Notes: generated by a model from the letters alone, not told the origin. Counted from the stretch's first letter, positions 1 to 11,904 are shown. The stretch is 64,000 bases of DNA from Patescibacteria group bacterium (GCA_049322675.1 JBMORM010000014.1:15896-79895); one strand, 5' to 3'. Program-made: numbers and translations.

Positions 1-742
1 TTTGATCCATTTCGGCTGATAAATATGTACCGTTCGAAGCAGAATTGTCATTTTTAATCTCACCTATAGATGAAAAATAATTTCCACCTTCGTAAATACC
101 AGAATAACCGGGATGAGGTAAAATTTCGTCAGTAAAATCTATTTGGCAATCATCTGTATCTATTTCAATTGGATTTCTGGAAATTGAATGACCTAAACTC
201 ACTCCAGGATGTTTAATTACGTTACTATATGTGCCATTTTCAAACACAACTGCGTCCACTACGTTATCTTCACCATCAATCAATATTACTTCGTCTCCAG
301 TATTTGTTAGACTTAGTGTTCCTGTTCCCCAAACAGAATATTTGGTCATATCGACTGTTTGAGAAAAATCACCAATTTCGTCATCTATTGAAGTCATCTC
401 AAAATCTGGATATTTTTGGTACAACTCATAAAATCCACTGGCACTTTTCGCAATCACTTTCTGTTCCAAACTGGCGATATGTGATCCGGCCGGAAACTGA
501 AACATGCCTTCATTGCCACCTTGGGTCTCTTCATCTCCAATTTTGTAATTGGACAGATCAATTGAAATTGGCGTTGGATTGTATATCTCAATCCACTCCT
601 CAATATTGTCGTCCCCGATTGTGTCGTAATAAACCTCCGAAATCAACAAGTGATTGCCCTCGGCTCTTGTCGCGGATAAATTTACCCACGGAAACAAACT
701 CAGTAACATAATTCCCAGGATAATTTTGCAGTCTCTTTTCAT
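1..742 (-). CDS. Secreted lamin-tail-domain (LTD) protein, runs off the window start
   Basis: Translated by hand (absent from ORF track): MKRDCKIILGIMLLSLFPWVNLSATRA signal peptide, then HLLISEVYYD...EEWIEIYNPTPISIDLSNYKI, the LTD signature. Confidence 0.85.
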   Translation of the reverse strand, partial: MKRDCKIILGIMLLSLFPWVNLSATRAEGNHLLISEVYYDTIGDDNIEEWIEIYNPTPISIDLSNYKIGDEETQGGNEGMFQFPAGSHIASLEQKVIAKSASGFYELYQKYPDFEMTSIDDEIGDFSQTVDMTKYSVWGTGTLSLTNTGDEVILIDGEDNVVDAVVFENGTYSNVIKHPGVSLGHSISRNPIEIDTDDCQIDFTDEILPHPGYSGIYEGGNYFSSIGEIKNDNSASNGTYLSAEMDQ

Positions 743-850
743 TCATACTCCTTTTGTAAAACAAATAATTTATTTAAATTTTACAAAATCAATCTTAAAT
801 CGTAGTTATGAAAAGATTATTTTTGTCTAAATAATTTATTAATTTCAAAT

Positions 851-879
851 AAAAAAAGCCAGCTATCAAAGCTGGCTCT
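851..879 (-). terminator. Intrinsic terminator after the 903..2378 gene
   Basis: agccagct-atcaa-agctggct hairpin preceded by an A-run (U-run on - strand). Confidence 0.7.
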
Positions 880-902
880 AAAAATTATCATTTGAAGAAA
901 AC

Positions 903-2378
903 TTATATCGTTGGTTTAGTCAAATCAGTGCTTTCTGATTCCTCACTAGTTAATATCGTCTGCTCTCCGTCCGTATGAGTTATGATGATTTTATAATTAT
1001 CTTTATCTACCCATTGATAATACAAACCGCATTTACTCGTTGGCGTATTTATTTCCCCACATTCGTCCAAACTCATTTTTTTATCCAGAATTCTCTCCTC
1101 TCCTGTCCACAAAGCATCAATTTTTTCCGTATAAGGATAAAAGCCTTTAACGGTATAAAATGTTTCCAAAGCGGTTTGTAAATTTTCTGCCGTCGTATCT
1201 AATTTGTTGTCACTTACGCTTTTTGTTTTTGGCAAACCTGTGTCAAATGTCGGGACGGGTGTCAAGTCCTCCTCTTCAAGATTGGTCCTCATCTCCTCTT
1301 CAATGCTGTTCAAATTAGTCAGAGGGGTTTTTAATTTGTCCAATGTAAACCATATTGCGTAGCCAGCAAACAATATTATCATCAAAATAATTAGCAAAAA
1401 TATCGCGGGGGCTCCATTATAGAGCCATTTTTGCGTTGTGGACAATACAGTTTCCGGTAACGATCCTTTTATTTCTTTAAGATTCTTATAAATCAGATAC
1501 TGATAATTGTAACTAAAGGTCAATACCAAGGTAGTAATTACAAACGTGACAAGTCTATCAATAATATTTAATACCAAAGACAAAATTGTATTATCACCGG
1601 AAAGAGCTGACAATATGCCAAATAATATACTCGTAACAAGGTTGACGATCGCAATCACAATAATAGAAACAATAACCAATAATACAATCCGCGCAAATAC
1701 ATCCCACCAGTATCCTTCAACATATTTCTTTGATCTGGCGACTGCTCGAGCTCCGGTAATATTTTCTGAGAATAAAATAAATTCTGCATAATTAAACCAG
1801 ACTGCAAAAATTATTCCAGGAATAACCAATAATATTGATCCACCGAAAATCGCTGCCCCGACTATTAACCCTATCCACCAGTATTGGAATAATTTACTCC
1901 ACCCATCTTTATAGCTACTAAAAAATCCCTTTGATTCAACGCAATTTACTTCTGCTATCATAGCCGCATAAGACCATATTTGAAAAAATGATAATATAAA
2001 CGACGCAGAAACCACGGTGACAAAAATCATAACAAATGAACCGCCTATCAAAGTGGAAGATGATAAAAAGGCTTGCATTTTTTCCAATGCTAGACTGGTG
2101 TCATTGTCGGTAATAACAGCAATCAAACCGGCAGCCCCAAACATAATCATCAAAAGAGTAACAACGATCATAACGTTGATTGCTGCCGGCACCAATTGGA
2201 TCAAAAATATCGTCAAAAATTTTTTCAGAGTTAGCTGCCAGGACTGACTAAACAAATCCCCGATCGAACGCAGACTTTTTGTTGGCATTGATCCGGGAGT
2301 TTGATTTGTTGGGATAGTCGCACTCGTATTAATATTATTTCCCCATCCATTCATCTGCCCCTCATTTGTTTGTTCCAT
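903..2378 (-). CDS. Multi-pass membrane protein with a C-terminal pilin/GspG-like soluble segment
   Basis: Many hydrophobic helices with IPGIIFAVWF and GYWWDVFAR motifs; C-terminal LQTALETFYTVKGFYP resembles pseudopilin helices. Confidence 0.6.
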   Translation of the reverse strand: MEQTNEGQMNGWGNNINTSATIPTNQTPGSMPTKSLRSIGDLFSQSWQLTLKKFLTIFLIQLVPAAINVMIVVTLLMIMFGAAGLIAVITDNDTSLALEKMQAFLSSSTLIGGSFVMIFVTVVSASFILSFFQIWSYAAMIAEVNCVESKGFFSSYKDGWSKLFQYWWIGLIVGAAIFGGSILLVIPGIIFAVWFNYAEFILFSENITGARAVARSKKYVEGYWWDVFARIVLLVIVSIIVIAIVNLVTSILFGILSALSGDNTILSLVLNIIDRLVTFVITTLVLTFSYNYQYLIYKNLKEIKGSLPETVLSTTQKWLYNGAPAIFLLIILMIILFAGYAIWFTLDKLKTPLTNLNSIEEEMRTNLEEEDLTPVPTFDTGLPKTKSVSDNKLDTTAENLQTALETFYTVKGFYPYTEKIDALWTGEERILDKKMSLDECGEINTPTSKCGLYYQWVDKDNYKIIITHTDGEQTILTSEESESTDLTKPTI

Positions 2379-2426
2379 TTTTCCCTTCTTTTTTAGCCTA
2401 ATTAATATTTATTAAGATCAGTCTAT

Positions 2427-2559
2427 CAATTTAAATTTTCAATTTCCAATTCTCAATTCTCTAATAAAGCAAATTAATTATCGAAAATTACGTCAGTATT
2501 TATTTGAAAATTGGGCATTGGGAATTTTTTGAAAATTGAAAATTGGAAATTGAAAATTG
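2427..2559. repeat. Heptamer tandem-repeat hairpin, family A (AATTTTC/AATTTCC ... GAAAATT/GGAAATT)
   Basis: Left arm aattttcaatttccaattctcaatt and right arm gaaaattgaaaattggaaattgaaaattg are complementary. Confidence 0.85.
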
Positions 2560-2571
2560 CCTCATGGGCAT

Positions 2572-3030
2572 AAAAATAAGACCGCTGGCAAATGCGCCCT
2601 TCTTTATTAAAAAAATTTGGCGGCCTAGCGGTCTCATTGACCTCTTCGTAGCCTCCTTAACCCTTAACACAATGGTTGAAAGCTAGGGATAACTATATGA
2701 AAAGGCGTCTTTTTATCTTCCCTGCCGGTTAAATAAAAAGAAATTTTCAAACTGTTCTTCCGGCTTCCATGATACATCTCCAAAATCAAAACATAATTAT
2801 TATATTTGTCAAGGCAAGAAGATTCAAAACCCCACAAATATTTTTTGATTTCCAAGATGTACCATGGTTGCCCGCTCATCCGAAAATGAACCAGGTAGGC
2901 AGGTACCTTTCACCGAACAGTAAGAAAATCTAAAAACTAAGATTTTTGTTTTTGTTTTTTTGTCCTACCTCGTCGAAAGTCCATATTTATAAATAATTGG
3001 ACGACTTGGTAAAACATTTAGCCCCCTATA
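2572..3030 (-). ncRNA. Candidate structured non-coding RNA, family unknown
   Basis: Series of stems, several needing G-U pairs on the - strand, a UUCG loop, and a terminal agaccgct..agcggtct+U hairpin; no credible ORF. Confidence 0.35.
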
Positions 3031-3163
3031 TAAAAGATAGAAGACCTTCTCTTAGTTCTTAGATTCTCTTACCATTGCGGTGCTTTTTTTCGAACAGTTA
3101 TAAATTGTTAAAGTTTTATTTTTCTTTTGTTGTTTCTTTTGTCTGTTTTTTTGTTTTCATTAC

Positions 3164-3192
3164 AATATAACAAACCATGTAAAATAAGTCAA
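3164..3192 (-). promoter_or_regulatory. Sigma70-type promoter, divergent from rpoB
   Basis: TTGACT-17 bp-TATATT with extended TG on the - strand. Confidence 0.55.
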
Positions 3193-3329
3193 TAATATCT
3201 ATCAAACATAAAAAGAAAAACAACTTGAAAATTATCTCTGGGTGAGAAAAAACACAAAATAATATTCAAAAAAATAATCCAAGTTTTCCACAAGAACAAA
3301 ATATATACTTCCCCAAAAAAAATTTCGGT

Positions 3330-3358
3330 TTGACTTATTTTTTTATGACTGTTAAAAT
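3330..3358 (+). promoter_or_regulatory. Sigma70-type promoter of rpoBC
   Basis: TTGACT-17 bp-TAAAAT with extended TG. Confidence 0.65.
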
Positions 3359-3515
3359 TAAAATAATCTTTTCAATCCAGGCGGCAAAATTATTAAAGAT
3401 TTAATCTTGCTCACCACATCAAAAATCAGTTCGTGACTATTTTTTAATTAAACCTCTTAAGATAATAAGAGTACATTATTATTTTTTTGTACTCGAAAAA
3501 TGGGGAGTTATTTTT

Positions 3516-6500
3516 ATGGCAAAAAAAATTAATCCTCCTGGACCATCCGATGTCCAACGAGTTTATTTTGGTAGTAGAAGACAATGGATCGATTTACCCG
3601 ATCTAAATACCATGCAAATAAACTCTTACAATTGGTTCTTTCAGGAAGGATTGCGTGAATTATTCGACGAAATCACTCCAATCGATGATTTCACCGGCAA
3701 AACCTTGTCTCTACAATTTGGCGATTACTATCTAGACCAACCAAAACATGATGAACACGCCTGTCGTGAAAGAAATTTTACCTACAAATCTGCCCTACGT
3801 TGTCAGGTTTCTCTTATCAATAAAGAAACCGGCGAGATTAAAGAGCAAGAAGTTTTCATGGGTGATTTTCCGCTCATGACTTCATCCGGTAGTTTTATTA
3901 TTAACGGTATCGAAAGAGTAGTCGTTTCACAGATAATCCGTTCACCAGGCGTTCTTTTTACATCTGAACGTTCGGCCGGTATCGAATATTTTGGCGCAAA
4001 AATTATTCCTGATCGCGGAGCTTGGTTGGAATTGGAAACCAACAATAAAAACATCATCTATGTCAAAATTGACCGCAAACGAAAAATACCCGTTACCACT
4101 CTTTTGCGTGCTTTTGGTCTTTCTTCGGATCAAGAGATAATCGATACCTTTAAAGATGTAAATAATAATCCCGATCGTAATTATATTAATGCTACTTTGA
4201 CCAAAGATCCCGCTGACAACACTCAAGAAGGTCTGTTGGAAGTGTATAAGAGAATCAGACCCGGAGATTTGGCTACGGCCGAAAATGCTCAGACACTGAT
4301 CGAAGATATGTTTTTCAATTTTCGCCGCTATGATTTTGGCAAAGTTGGACGCTACAAAATCAACAAACGCCTAGAATTGGATATTCCTCAGGACAAACAA
4401 CATCGCACTATCACTCTCAAAGATTTGGTGGCTGTAGTTAAAGAAGTTATTAATCTCAATAATATCGGCGGTCCTGCTGACGATATCGATAATCTCAAAA
4501 ACCGTCGTGTTCGTTCAGTCGGCGAATTGGCTCAAAAAGCCTTGCGAGTCGGTTTGTTGCGTATGGAAAGAATCGTAAAAGATCGTATGAGTGTTTCCGA
4601 CATCAATACAGTTACTCCTTCCGCCCTGATCAATGTTCGTCCACTTACCGCCGCTTTACAAGAATTTTTTGCCAGCTCTCAATTCTCTCATTTTATGGAT
4701 CAAACCAATCCCCTGGCTGAACTAGAAAACAAACGCCGTATTACCGCTATGGGTCCCGGTGGTCTATCCAGAGAAAGAGCCGGCTTTGAAGTACGCGACG
4801 TTCATCATTCGCACTATGGTCGCCTCTGTCCGATTGAAACTCCTGAAGGCTCCAATATTGGTCTCGTCAGTCATTTGGCATGTTTTGCTTCTATCAACGA
4901 ATATGGATTCATTGTTACTCCCTATCATCCAGTCATTAGAGAACTGGAAAATAAGGCCGATCTTATTTATGGTCAAATCACCCGTGGCGACATTGTCGAT
5001 CCCAAAAATGAAAAAGTAGTCGTGCCTGACAATACCAAAATCACCAAAGAACTGGCCGCAAAAATTTCCAAACTTGATTTATCCAAGATACCGATCAAAC
5101 CACAAGTAAAACAAGAAGTATTATACCTAGATGCCCAAGAAGAAGAAAACTTTGTTATTGCTCAAGCCGATATCTTGTTGGATGAAGAAAATCGTTTCGT
5201 TGATGACATAATTGCGGCTAGAGCCAAAGGTGAACCTGATTATGTTCCCCAAGAACAAATCGACTACATAAGCGTTTCTCCCAAACAAATTTTTTCTGTG
5301 GCTACTTCCCTAATTCCGTTTGTAGAAAATGATGAAGGTGTGCGCGCTTCAATGGGATCAAACATGTTGCGACAAGCTGTCAGCCTTGTTAAACCTCAAA
5401 CCCCGGTTGTCGGCACCGGTATCGAAGAAAAAGCCGCTTTGGATTCGGGTGAAATAGTTGTCGCCGAAGATGACGGAGAAGTAATTTCCGCGGCCGGAAA
5501 CGAATTGACTCTTCAGTACAAAAACAAACAACTCAAAACATACCCTCTTCGCAAATTTGTTAAATCAAACCAAGGCACCTGCATCAATCAACGAATTGTA
5601 GTTGAAAAAGACGAAAAAGTTAAAAAAGGTCAACTGTTGGTTGACGGCACCTCAACTGATCATGGTGAATTGGCTTTAGGACAAAATATTATGGTCGCAT
5701 TTATGCCCTGGGGCGGCTACAACTTCCAAGATGCAGTTATTATTTCCGAGCGACTTGTTCATGAAGATCGTTATTCTTCAATTCATATCGAAACCCATTT
5801 GATCGAAGTTCGGGAAACCAAACTTGGCCCCGAAGTTATTACACGCGATATTCCCAATGTTGGTGAAGAAGCTCTAAAAAATCTGGACGGAGACGGTATT
5901 ATTCGTTTAGGCGCCGAAGTAACTACTGGCGATATTCTCGTTGGTAAAATCACTCCCAAAGGTGAAAGCGAATTAACCGCCGAAGAAAAACTCTTGCGAG
6001 CTATCTTTGGTGAAAAAGCGCGCGACGTCAAAGACACTTCCTTGCGACTACCTCATGGTGAACGTGGAAAAATAGTTAATATCAAAGTTTTTACCAGAGA
6101 TAAAGGTGATGAACTGGCAACTGGAGTTATTAAAGCCATCGAAGTTAGCGTTGCTCAACTCCGTAAAATTTCCGTTGGTGACAAAATGGCCGGTCGTCAC
6201 GGTAACAAAGGTGTCATTTCCCGAGTACTTCCAGTCGAAGATATGCCGTATATGCCTGACGGTACTCCTGTTGATATTATTCTCAACCCCCTTGGTGTTA
6301 TTTCACGTATCAATTTGGGTCAGGTCTTAGAAACTCACCTCGGTTGGGCTGCCAAAACTCTAGGTTACAAAGTAGCCTGTCCTGTATTTGAAGGGGCATC
6401 ATGGGAAGAAATAAAAAAAGAATTAATCAAAGCCGAATTACCCGGTTCCGGCAAAATAACTCTGTATGATGGTCGTAGCGGTGAAGCATTTGATCAAGAT

Positions 6501-6875
6501 GTCACCGTCGGTTGTGTTTATATGATGAAACTACATCATCTTGTTGAAGACAAAATGCATGCCCGTTCAATCGGTCCTTATTCCATGATTACTCAACAAC
6601 CTCTTGGCGGTAAAGCCCAATTTGGCGGACAACGTTTTGGTGAAATGGAAGTCTGGGCATTGCAAGCCTATGGAGCAGCTCACACCCTTCAAGAAATGAT
6701 TACTATCAAATCAGATGACGTTATTGGCCGCTCAAAAGCATACGAATCAATAATTAAAGGCGAAGATATAAAAAAACCTACTACCCCGGAATCCTTCAAC
6801 GTCTTGCGCCGTGAATTACAAGGTTTAGGTTTAAAAATTGACCTTATTGATTCCGACAAATCAACTGAAGAATAG
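3516..6875 (+). CDS. rpoB: RNA polymerase beta subunit
   Basis: GDKMAGRHGNKG, GGQRFGEMEVWAL, CPIETPEG motifs. Confidence 0.99.
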   Translation: MAKKINPPGPSDVQRVYFGSRRQWIDLPDLNTMQINSYNWFFQEGLRELFDEITPIDDFTGKTLSLQFGDYYLDQPKHDEHACRERNFTYKSALRCQVSLINKETGEIKEQEVFMGDFPLMTSSGSFIINGIERVVVSQIIRSPGVLFTSERSAGIEYFGAKIIPDRGAWLELETNNKNIIYVKIDRKRKIPVTTLLRAFGLSSDQEIIDTFKDVNNNPDRNYINATLTKDPADNTQEGLLEVYKRIRPGDLATAENAQTLIEDMFFNFRRYDFGKVGRYKINKRLELDIPQDKQHRTITLKDLVAVVKEVINLNNIGGPADDIDNLKNRRVRSVGELAQKALRVGLLRMERIVKDRMSVSDINTVTPSALINVRPLTAALQEFFASSQFSHFMDQTNPLAELENKRRITAMGPGGLSRERAGFEVRDVHHSHYGRLCPIETPEGSNIGLVSHLACFASINEYGFIVTPYHPVIRELENKADLIYGQITRGDIVDPKNEKVVVPDNTKITKELAAKISKLDLSKIPIKPQVKQEVLYLDAQEEENFVIAQADILLDEENRFVDDIIAARAKGEPDYVPQEQIDYISVSPKQIFSVATSLIPFVENDEGVRASMGSNMLRQAVSLVKPQTPVVGTGIEEKAALDSGEIVVAEDDGEVISAAGNELTLQYKNKQLKTYPLRKFVKSNQGTCINQRIVVEKDEKVKKGQLLVDGTSTDHGELALGQNIMVAFMPWGGYNFQDAVIISERLVHEDRYSSIHIETHLIEVRETKLGPEVITRDIPNVGEEALKNLDGDGIIRLGAEVTTGDILVGKITPKGESELTAEEKLLRAIFGEKARDVKDTSLRLPHGERGKIVNIKVFTRDKGDELATGVIKAIEVSVAQLRKISVGDKMAGRHGNKGVISRVLPVEDMPYMPDGTPVDIILNPLGVISRINLGQVLETHLGWAAKTLGYKVACPVFEGASWEEIKKELIKAELPGSGKITLYDGRSGEAFDQDVTVGCVYMMKLHHLVEDKMHARSIGPYSMITQQPLGGKAQFGGQRFGEMEVWALQAYGAAHTLQEMITIKSDDVIGRSKAYESIIKGEDIKKPTTPESFNVLRRELQGLGLKIDLIDSDKSTEE

Positions 6876-6880
6876 TTCTG

Positions 6881-6979
6881 AAAGTTATAAAAAGTTATAA
6901 AGTTGAAAATTATAAAGCACAGTATTGTCGATTCGTTTTATTGAATTTTCAACTTTATCGACCTTTTAACTTTTAAACT
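6881..6979. repeat. Octamer-like repeat hairpin, family B (AAGTTATA/AAGTTGA ... TAACTTT/CAACTTT)
   Basis: aaagttataaaaagttataaagttgaaa ... ttcaactttatcgaccttttaactttt between rpoB and rpoC. Confidence 0.8.
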
Positions 6980-7022
6980 GAAGGTTATTAATATTTTAAT
7001 TATTAATTCTTAATTTATATAT

Positions 7023-10000
7023 ATGTCTGATAGCAAGACTATTAATCAAAACAAAGGTCAAAACAGTCAACCCAACTTTGACCGGATTAAAATCTCCATC
7101 GCCTCACCAGAAGACATCAAATATTGGTCTTATGGCGAAGTCTTGAAACCGGAAACCATAAACTATCGTACGCAAAAACCAGAAAAAGATGGTCTGTTTG
7201 CCGAAAATATTTTTGGTCCGACCAAAGACTGGGAATGCTACTGCGGTAAATACAAAAAAATTCGTTACAAAGGTATTGTGTGCGACAAATGCGGAGTGGA
7301 AGTAACCCGCTCGCTTGTTCGTCGTCAAAGATTAGGTCATATTTCTCTGGCAGTTCCTGTTGCTCATATCTGGTATCTTCGCGGATCCCCGTGTGTTACC
7401 GGCTTGTTATTAAATATTACCAGTCGCAATTTAGAAAGGGTAATTTATTTTGCCTCCTACATTGTTATTGAAGTAAACGAGGAAGTTCGCCAGGAAATAA
7501 TGGGTAAATTGACTGCCGAATTTGATCAGTACAAAAAGCAGCTCAAAAAAGAATTGGCCAAAAGCCTTGACGATTTGAATCAAGCCAAAGACCAAGCCCT
7601 TTCAACCGCCCCCAATGATCAGAAAAAAGATATCAATGAACACTACGAACGGGAAATCGCAAAAGCCAGCCAACAAAGCGCCCATAAGTTAGAAAATTTA
7701 AAAAATACTTTCAATAAGGCTCTCGATGAAGTCGGCAAACTTACTCCGTATCAAATCATCTCCGAAAAAAAATATCGTATGCTTTCCATGCGCTATGGCC
7801 AGATTATTCGTGCCGGTATTGGCGCCGAAGCGATTTTCGAACTTCTTTCCAAAATCGATATCAATGAACAAATCAAATTAATTCTTGAAGAATTAACAAC
7901 GGCATCATCTCAACGCCGTCGCAAATTACTAAAAAAATTACGCCTGCTCAAAAATCTCAACAAAGCCAATATTAGGCCTGAATGGATGATTCTCAAAGAA
8001 CTTCCGGTTATTCCGCCTGACCTTAGACCAATGGTGCAACTTGATGGTGGGCGTTTCGCTTCATCCGATCTCAATGATCTATATCGCCGTGTTATCAACC
8101 GCAACAATCGATTGAAAAAATTAATCGATCTCGGTGCTCCAGAAATTATTTGTCGCAACGAAAAAAGAATGCTTCAAGAAGCGGTTGATGTCTTGGTTGA
8201 CAATACTCCTCGCCGTGGCAAAAGTGCGGTTCTTACAAGCAATCGTCGCAAGTACAAATCTCTTTCCGATATGCTCAAAGGCAAACAAGGACGTTTCCGC
8301 CAAAATTTGCTTGGTAAACGCGTGGACTATTCTGGCCGTTCAGTTATCGTCGTTGGACCGGATCTAAATTTGAACCAATGCGGTTTGCCCAAAAAAATCG
8401 CTCTCGAATTGTACAAACCATATATTATTCATGGCCTTATCGATCGTGGTTACGCGCACAATATAAAAAATGCTGGCAAAATCATCGAACGCAAGGATCC
8501 TGAAATTTGGGATATTTTGGAAGAATCGGTCAACAACTCATATGTTTTGCTAAACCGCGCCCCCACTCTTCATCGTCTTGGTATTCAAGCTTTCAAACCG
8601 GTGTTAATCGAAGGAAAAGCCATTCAGATTCCACCTCTGGTCTGTCAGGCTTACAATGCTGATTTTGACGGTGATCAGATGGCAGTTCATCTTCCCTTAT
8701 CCAAAATGGCCCAAGAAGAATCAGCTGCTTTCATGAATGCCAGTAAAAACTTGTTGAAACCGGCCGACGGCGAACCAATAGTCGCCCCCGCCCAAGATAT
8801 GATTCTTGGTTGCTATTATTTAACCGTTGAAATACCGGGCCGTATTGGTGAAGGAAAATATTTTACCTCACTTGAAGAAGCCATCATGGCTTACAGTCAG
8901 AAATGCCTGGATTTGCACTCCCCTGTTCATATTCGACTGGGCGACAAGTTGATCAAGACCACAGTTGGTCGCGCAATTTTCAATTCTATTTTTCCGTCAG
9001 AAATGGAATACCACAATAAAACTTTTATTAAAGGCGATCTAGAAAATATAATTAAAAAAAGTTTTGAAGTTTGCGGATTGGAAAAGACATCAATCTTCGT
9101 TGATAAAATAATGCAAATCGGTTTTTATTATGCCACCAAATCTGGTATCACTTTCTCGGTTGACGACATCAATATTCCCCTGGAAAAAAACGAAGTGATC
9201 GAAAACACCGAAAACATCGTCAATGAATCTTTAAATCAATACTTCCAGGGTTTGATTACCAAGAAAGAACACAAACAAAAATTGATCGAATCTTGGTTGG
9301 ATTCCATCGGACAACTCAACAACATCATCAAAGATCACATGACTCCGTCCAATCCTTTGCATGCCTGCGTCTTATCCAAGGCTCGTGGTAATATTTCTCA
9401 ATTTGGTCAGATGGCCGGTCTAAAAGGTCTGGTTTCCAACCCCGCCGGTGAAATCATCGAACTACCTATCAAATCCAACTTCACCGAAGGTTTGTCCGAA
9501 TTGGAATATTTTATCTCTACTCACGGCTCCAGAAAAGGTAAAACCGACACCGCTTTAAAAACTGCCGACGCCGGTTATCTTACCCGTCGTTTAGTAGATG
9601 TTTCCCAAGATATGATCACTACCGCTGAAGATTGCGGTGCCACCGAAGGTATTTCCTACTCCCGTTCGGAAATTGACAAAGAGCAAGAGGAATTTACTAA
9701 AAAAATCATCGGTCGCTATCCGACAGTTGATATTCTTGATCCTGATACCAAAGAAATCATCGTTGATTCCAATACTTTGATCACTGACGTTACCGCCAAA
9801 CAAATAATTACCAACCCCAAAATTGCCAATGTTTCTGTTCGATCTACTCTTTACTGTCGCAATATCTGGGGAATATGTACCAAATGTTATGGTGCCGACT
9901 TGACTACCAATCAATCAATAAAGTTTGGTGAAGCTATCGGTATTATCGCGGCTCAATCAATCGGAGAACCAGGAACTCAACTTTCGATGCGTACTTATCA

Positions 10001-10937
10001 TACCGGCGGTGTAGCCGTTGTGGCTGATATTACCCAAGGTCTGCCTCGCGTCGAAGAATTATTCGAAGCGCGCATTCCTCATAGCCCGGCAATATTGGCT
10101 GAATTTTCTGGTAAGGTAACTATCACCGAAAAAGACAAAAGTGTAGTTATTACAATCTCATCCAGCAATGTTATCGATGAGGAATACAGCATTTACCCCA
10201 ATACTACCTTCAAGGTTGAAAATCTAGACAAAGTTTCGGACAACCAAATATTGGCTATTCTACCTGATCAAACTGAAATCCGTTCTCGTTTCCGAGGAGT
10301 TGTAACTATTACGACTGACAAAATAATCGTCAAACATCCGGGCAAAATTGCCAAAGATTTCCCAATTCCTCCGCACCTACCTATTATCGTCAACGATGGT
10401 CAGGACGTTGAACAAGGTGATCCATTAACCGAAGGACATTTTAATCTCGCTGAACTTCTTCGTTTGAAAGGGGATTTGGCTGTCAAAAAATATTTGATTG
10501 CTGAAATTCAAAAGACTTACATGTACGTCGGTTCCACTATTCACGACAAACATCTCGAAGTGATTATTCGTCAAATGTTCTCCAAGGTCCGCATCACCGA
10601 TCCTTGCGATTCCGACTTCTTGCCTCGTGAAATTATCGACCGCTACCACCTGCAAAAAACCAACGATGTCTTGGTTGCCGACAAGAAAAATCCGGCCAAG
10701 TTTGAAAATATCATCATGGGTATTACCAAAGTTTCCTTAAAAACCGACAGTTTCCTATCTGCTGCCTCCTTTCAAGAAACCACTGGAGTTTTGCTCAATG
10801 CGGCCATCCAAGGGAAAATGGATTACCTGCGCGGCTTAAAAGAAAACACTATTATTGGTAAGTTGATCCCTACCGGTACCGGCTTCTCTCCCGAACGCTA
10901 CCAAAAAATCATGGCTGCCTTGTCAGAGGAAAAATAA
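7023..10937 (+). CDS. rpoC: RNA polymerase beta' subunit
   Basis: NADFDGD catalytic motif, N-terminal Zn finger, [17 protein letters not shown]. Confidence 0.99.
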   Translation: MSDSKTINQNKGQNSQPNFDRIKISIASPEDIKYWSYGEVLKPETINYRTQKPEKDGLFAENIFGPTKDWECYCGKYKKIRYKGIVCDKCGVEVTRSLVRRQRLGHISLAVPVAHIWYLRGSPCVTGLLLNITSRNLERVIYFASYIVIEVNEEVRQEIMGKLTAEFDQYKKQLKKELAKSLDDLNQAKDQALSTAPNDQKKDINEHYEREIAKASQQSAHKLENLKNTFNKALDEVGKLTPYQIISEKKYRMLSMRYGQIIRAGIGAEAIFELLSKIDINEQIKLILEELTTASSQRRRKLLKKLRLLKNLNKANIRPEWMILKELPVIPPDLRPMVQLDGGRFASSDLNDLYRRVINRNNRLKKLIDLGAPEIICRNEKRMLQEAVDVLVDNTPRRGKSAVLTSNRRKYKSLSDMLKGKQGRFRQNLLGKRVDYSGRSVIVVGPDLNLNQCGLPKKIALELYKPYIIHGLIDRGYAHNIKNAGKIIERKDPEIWDILEESVNNSYVLLNRAPTLHRLGIQAFKPVLIEGKAIQIPPLVCQAYNADFDGDQMAVHLPLSKMAQEESAAFMNASKNLLKPADGEPIVAPAQDMILGCYYLTVEIPGRIGEGKYFTSLEEAIMAYSQKCLDLHSPVHIRLGDKLIKTTVGRAIFNSIFPSEMEYHNKTFIKGDLENIIKKSFEVCGLEKTSIFVDKIMQIGFYYATKSGITFSVDDINIPLEKNEVIENTENIVNESLNQYFQGLITKKEHKQKLIESWLDSIGQLNNIIKDHMTPSNPLHACVLSKARGNISQFGQMAGLKGLVSNPAGEIIELPIKSNFTEGLSELEYFISTHGSRKGKTDTALKTADAGYLTRRLVDVSQDMITTAEDCGATEGISYSRSEIDKEQEEFTKKIIGRYPTVDILDPDTKEIIVDSNTLITDVTAKQIITNPKIANVSVRSTLYCRNIWGICTKCYGADLTTNQSIKFGEAIGIIAAQSIGEPGTQLSMRTYHTGGVAVVADITQGLPRVEELFEARIPHSPAILAEFSGKVTITEKDKSVVITISSSNVIDEEYSIYPNTTFKVENLDKVSDNQILAILPDQTEIRSRFRGVVTITTDKIIVKHPGKIAKDFPIPPHLPIIVNDGQDVEQGDPLTEGHFNLAELLRLKGDLAVKKYLIAEIQKTYMYVGSTIHDKHLEVIIRQMFSKVRITDPCDSDFLPREIIDRYHLQKTNDVLVADKKNPAKFENIIMGITKVSLKTDSFLSAASFQETTGVLLNAAIQGKMDYLRGLKENTIIGKLIPTGTGFSPERYQKIMAALSEEK

Positions 10938-10973
10938 TAATTATTACTCAGACTTGATTGTTAAAATATTTTA

Positions 10974-11005
10974 AGCGCGGGCAAATAATTGACCCGCGCT
11001 TTTTT
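10974..11005 (+). terminator. Intrinsic terminator after rpoC
   Basis: agcgcggg-caaataattga-cccgcgct followed by T-run. Confidence 0.85.
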
Positions 11006-11015
11006 GAAAATTATT

Positions 11016-11816
11016 ATGGAAAAACCAAAAAACAGATCCCGCTTCAGAACAACACTCGGTACCCCGTATCATTTGATAAAAAAATATTTTTATTGGCATT
11101 TTTCCGGGACCAACTTTACTTCTCGGCAATCTGATTCAGTCTTTCCGGAATTAATATATTCTCACCAGACTCCCTTGTTGCGGCGGTTAAAAGAAGTAGA
11201 TATGCAATGGCAGCACAATAAAATTACAAATCTCAAATTGGCTATCAAGAAAATTAATCATTTGATCATTGAACCGGGGCAAACTTTTTCTTTTTGGCGT
11301 CAAATTGGTTGCCCTTCCGCTCGCCAAGGTTATCTTGAAGGCATGATTTTACAAGACGGGAAAATCAAACAAGCAATTGGCGGTGGTCTTTGTCAACTTT
11401 CCAATCTACTCTTTTGGATAACCGCCCATACTCCACTGACAATCATTGAACGTTGGCGTCATGATTATGATGTATTCCCCGATTGTCAGCGCAGCCAGCC
11501 TTTTGGTAGTGGAGCTACTTGTTGTTATCCCAATATTGATCTTCAAATCAAAAACAATACTTCTCAAATTTTCCAACTGATTCTTAATGTTGGCACCAAT
11601 GATCTTGTCGGCGAGTGGCGTTCAAATCAACCTGCTGTCAATCATTATCGGATCATAGAAAAAAACCATTTGATTATTAGTGAGTGGTGGGGTGGTTACA
11701 CCAGAAATAACCAGTTATATCGTCAAGTTATTGATCCCGTCACCGGCACGGTTTTTCGGGAGGAATTCTTGGTGGACAATCATGCCGTCATGATGTACAA
11801 CCCATTATTGAAATGA
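11016..11816 (+). CDS. VanW-family protein
   Basis: IEPGQTFSFW, IGGGLCQLSNLL, ERWRHDYD, DLQIKNNT motifs; ATG chosen downstream of the terminator. Confidence 0.9.
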   Translation: MEKPKNRSRFRTTLGTPYHLIKKYFYWHFSGTNFTSRQSDSVFPELIYSHQTPLLRRLKEVDMQWQHNKITNLKLAIKKINHLIIEPGQTFSFWRQIGCPSARQGYLEGMILQDGKIKQAIGGGLCQLSNLLFWITAHTPLTIIERWRHDYDVFPDCQRSQPFGSGATCCYPNIDLQIKNNTSQIFQLILNVGTNDLVGEWRSNQPAVNHYRIIEKNHLIISEWWGGYTRNNQLYRQVIDPVTGTVFREEFLVDNHAVMMYNPLLK

Positions 11817-11904
11817 TATTTATAATCTTCTTAAGTTCGTTTATTGACCTTTGTTGACTTGACTTATTTATTTATGCTAAATTAAGATAGCAATAAATAG
11901 AGAT

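Noticed and set aside
229-711. 160-aa + strand ORF
   Set aside because: It is the antisense shadow of the LTD gene on the - strand
2970-3028. tmRNA 5' end on the - strand (GGGGGCT...TTTCGAC)
   Set aside because: Spacing is wrong, and no T-arm/CCA 3' end or tag reading frame was found
3116-3160. Leader peptide MKTKKQTKETTKEK on the - strand
   Set aside because: The ATG is only 3 nt from the -10 box, so it probably lies upstream of the transcription start
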